A DNA stretch of 6,355 bases from Allobaculum fili (GTDB lineage: Bacteria > Bacillota_I > Bacilli_A > Erysipelotrichales > Erysipelotrichaceae), in assembly GCF_020969955.1 (NCBI RefSeq), contig NZ_JAHDSX010000075.1, positions 1 to 6,355 on the forward strand. The letters run 5' to 3'. The notes beneath the pieces are model-generated. The model ran no database searches and was not told the origin of the DNA. It saw only the letters and a program-made list of their open reading frames with translations. Shown piece after piece: positions 4,959 through 6,355 of the stretch. How positions within the stretch are numbered: the stretch's first letter is position 1; each line of letters begins with the position of its first letter. Both the position numbers and the translations under genes were made by a program.

Positions 4959-5772
4959 TGACTCAGATCAGAATCCCAGATATTATTATATTCCTTTTGC
5001 TCAGGGAGGATATTTAATCTATGATCTGACAGACGACTTGATCTGTGAGTTTAGCCTGTCAAAAGAAAATGAGTATTCATTCTCGAATAATGATTATATC
5101 TATTCTGGGCCGCTATCCTTGTTTGAAATCACTGAAGATGGTTTTATTGATGTTAAATCGAACGAGGTTTTCACAGATACAGATAACTTCATTATGAGGG
5201 TTAAATCTATTGAGACGAGAGAATTAGAGTCTAAACAATCTATCCGATCTGATAAGTCTGTTAGACGTATCATGAATGCTTATAACACAATTTCTGGTAC
5301 CGTTCCAAGCTATAGTTATAATCCTGATGGCAGATGCGGAGCGGTGGCAGCAGCGATGCTGGTGCGGTGGTATGACATTTATAGGAATGGCCGGTACGTC
5401 CCAAGTAGTTTAGAAAGTAGTGATGGGGTTTCTCTCATTAATCATCTTTGGAACAAAATGAAAAACTCAAGTTATGCGGGTGCTTATTCTGGAACTGTAT
5501 CTACTGAGATGATGAACTTTATAGGATCTCAAGGGTTAAGCCATTCCGGTGGATTGGACGGATATACTGACGAATATGTTATTGGTCGTGTGGATTCTTA
5601 TGGAACTCCCTATATTCTAAATCTGTTTAACCACCCTACCTATTCCAACCATTTTGTAACTGGTTATGGATATCGTTCGAATTCCACTGGATTCTACACC
5701 ATAGTAAATGATGGTTGGGGGAACAGGAAAATGGAGGTCAACTCGAATTATGCGACGACAATTATCTGGTAA
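4948..5772 (+). CDS. Papain-fold (clan CA) cysteine peptidase with N-terminal Spi/C10-type prodomain-like region (C10/C47/C39-like; family uncertain)
   Basis: Candidate catalytic Cys lies in NPDGRCGAVAAAMLVRWY (TGC 5335-5337), compare tGCvAtAmAqimkY. Candidate catalytic His lies in SNHFVTGYGYRSNSTGFYTIVNDGWGN (CAT 5650-5652), compare gHafv.dGY....g...vN.GWgG. The N-terminal RYYYIPFAQGGYLIYDLTDDLICEFSLSKENEY resembles the propeptide/inhibitor motif y.v.nf..gGfvivsaDd...i.gys..g.f. Track ORF 4849-5772 is the same frame. ATG 4948 is the first start consistent with the homologous part but has no SD (see the A7 finding). Confidence 0.7.
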   Translation: MPLNDSDQNPRYYYIPFAQGGYLIYDLTDDLICEFSLSKENEYSFSNNDYIYSGPLSLFEITEDGFIDVKSNEVFTDTDNFIMRVKSIETRELESKQSIRSDKSVRRIMNAYNTISGTVPSYSYNPDGRCGAVAAAMLVRWYDIYRNGRYVPSSLESSDGVSLINHLWNKMKNSSYAGAYSGTVSTEMMNFIGSQGLSHSGGLDGYTDEYVIGRVDSYGTPYILNLFNHPTYSNHFVTGYGYRSNSTGFYTIVNDGWGNRKMEVNSNYATTIIW

Positions 5773-6115
5773 TGATAGAAGTTTAATTTTTCAGCTATTA
5801 GCCGTCATAGGGTTATGCATTCTGACAATACTCGGTGTGCAGTATATAGGTGATCACGGGAGATCAGCTGGCTACTATCTAACGGGAAATGTAATATCAG
5901 CAGGAGAGAAGAATTTCTGTATAACTGTTATTCCAGATGAATCAAATGTTGAGCTTCCACTTTCAAAAAATGTCTATTGTTTTGAACTGAAAGATTTTAT
6001 ATCAAATAGCTATATCCCCAAAATTGGGGATGCAGTGCGAATCACGTGCAGTCATGATATGACTGTTTTGATTGATATTTATGATATGGATGTTATAGAT
6101 GATCTTCCTGATTAA
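5750..6115 (+). CDS. 121-aa small protein with N-terminal membrane anchor / uncleaved signal and a beta-rich C-terminal domain; function unknown (candidate peptidase partner)
   Basis: ATG 5750 is preceded by GGAGG (5733-5737) and overlaps the peptidase 3' end by 23 nt. The sequence is MRRQLSGNDR (basic) + SLIFQLLAVIGLCILTILGV (TM) + ~85 aa. The track start at 5708 lacks any SD and adds a non-hydrophobic MMVGGTGKWRSTRI extension inside the peptidase gene. Confidence 0.6.
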   Translation: MRRQLSGNDRSLIFQLLAVIGLCILTILGVQYIGDHGRSAGYYLTGNVISAGEKNFCITVIPDESNVELPLSKNVYCFELKDFISNSYIPKIGDAVRITCSHDMTVLIDIYDMDVIDDLPD

Positions 6116-6160
6116 ACTAGATGTTAAACAATATTAACTATAAATATAAAACGCGATTTC

Positions 6161-6205
6161 AAGCTAGCAGTTCTCTATTTCAATATAGGTTCTGTTAGCT
6201 TTTTG
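6161..6205 (+). terminator. Rho-independent terminator after the peptidase cassette
   Basis: AAGCTAGCAG (6161-6170) pairs with CTGTTAGCTT (6192-6201), giving 10 bp including one G-U. An inner CTAT/ATAG pairing sits in the loop, followed by TTT at 6202-6204. Confidence 0.55.
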
Positions 6206-6355
6206 AATTATCAACTTCTGACTTGTCGCTATAAACTGTACCCCAGAAAGTGGACAATTTTTTTAGAGTCAACCTATTCCAAGGACACCCGATTAGCAGC
6301 GACCCCAACTACTGGACGATCGTTTTGATCTGTTCCCTAATTGCGGACACTTTCT

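Noticed and set aside
5708-5749. Upstream start (ATG 5708/5711) for the small membrane protein
   Set aside because: There is no SD upstream of 5708, while GGAGG sits in front of ATG 5750. The extra 14 residues (MMVGGTGKWRSTRI) add nothing functional. It cannot be excluded without N-terminal data.
1-6355. CRISPR arrays, tRNA/rRNA genes, tandem repeats
   Set aside because: I scanned for regularly spaced direct repeats, cloverleaf-compatible GC-rich ~75-nt segments and tandem periodicity. None was seen.

Overview
Mosaic accessory region. Codon usage, AT-richness and AGGAGG-type ribosome-binding sites suggest a low-GC Gram-positive (Clostridia-like) chromosome or mobile element, but that is a guess. 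All homology statements are by-eye motif recognition; no search was run.

Left to right:
1. The 5' part of an IS256-family insertion sequence. Its transposase is on the minus strand and runs off the left edge. The IS terminus is at about 746.
2. Gene debris. A TaqI-like target-recognition domain of an N6-adenine DNA methyltransferase is cut by the IS and carries an in-frame TAA. It is joined in frame to a decapitated RyR-like repeat protein (ORF 1142-1522).
3. An intact 702-aa ORF (1575-3683) fusing a TIR-like domain, an unassigned middle module and a GDPD-type phosphodiesterase barrel, followed by a good terminator. This is the most interesting object. I do not recognise the architecture from any described TIR immune system.
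4. Minus-strand remnants of a phage/ICE replication module: a 3'-truncated DUF2800 PD-(D/E)XK nuclease gene and a frameshifted small upstream gene, plus an orphan minus-strand terminator.
5. An AT-rich, roughly 380-bp non-coding leader containing a 22-codon mini-ORF with a strong SD and an 11-bp long-range inverted repeat.
6. A secreted papain-fold cysteine peptidase cassette. Its signal-peptide ORF is separated from the pro-enzyme ORF by a +1 frame change at an A7 tract. An overlapping small membrane-anchored protein and a terminator follow.
7. A possible IS3-like terminus at the right edge.

No tRNA, rRNA or CRISPR array was seen.
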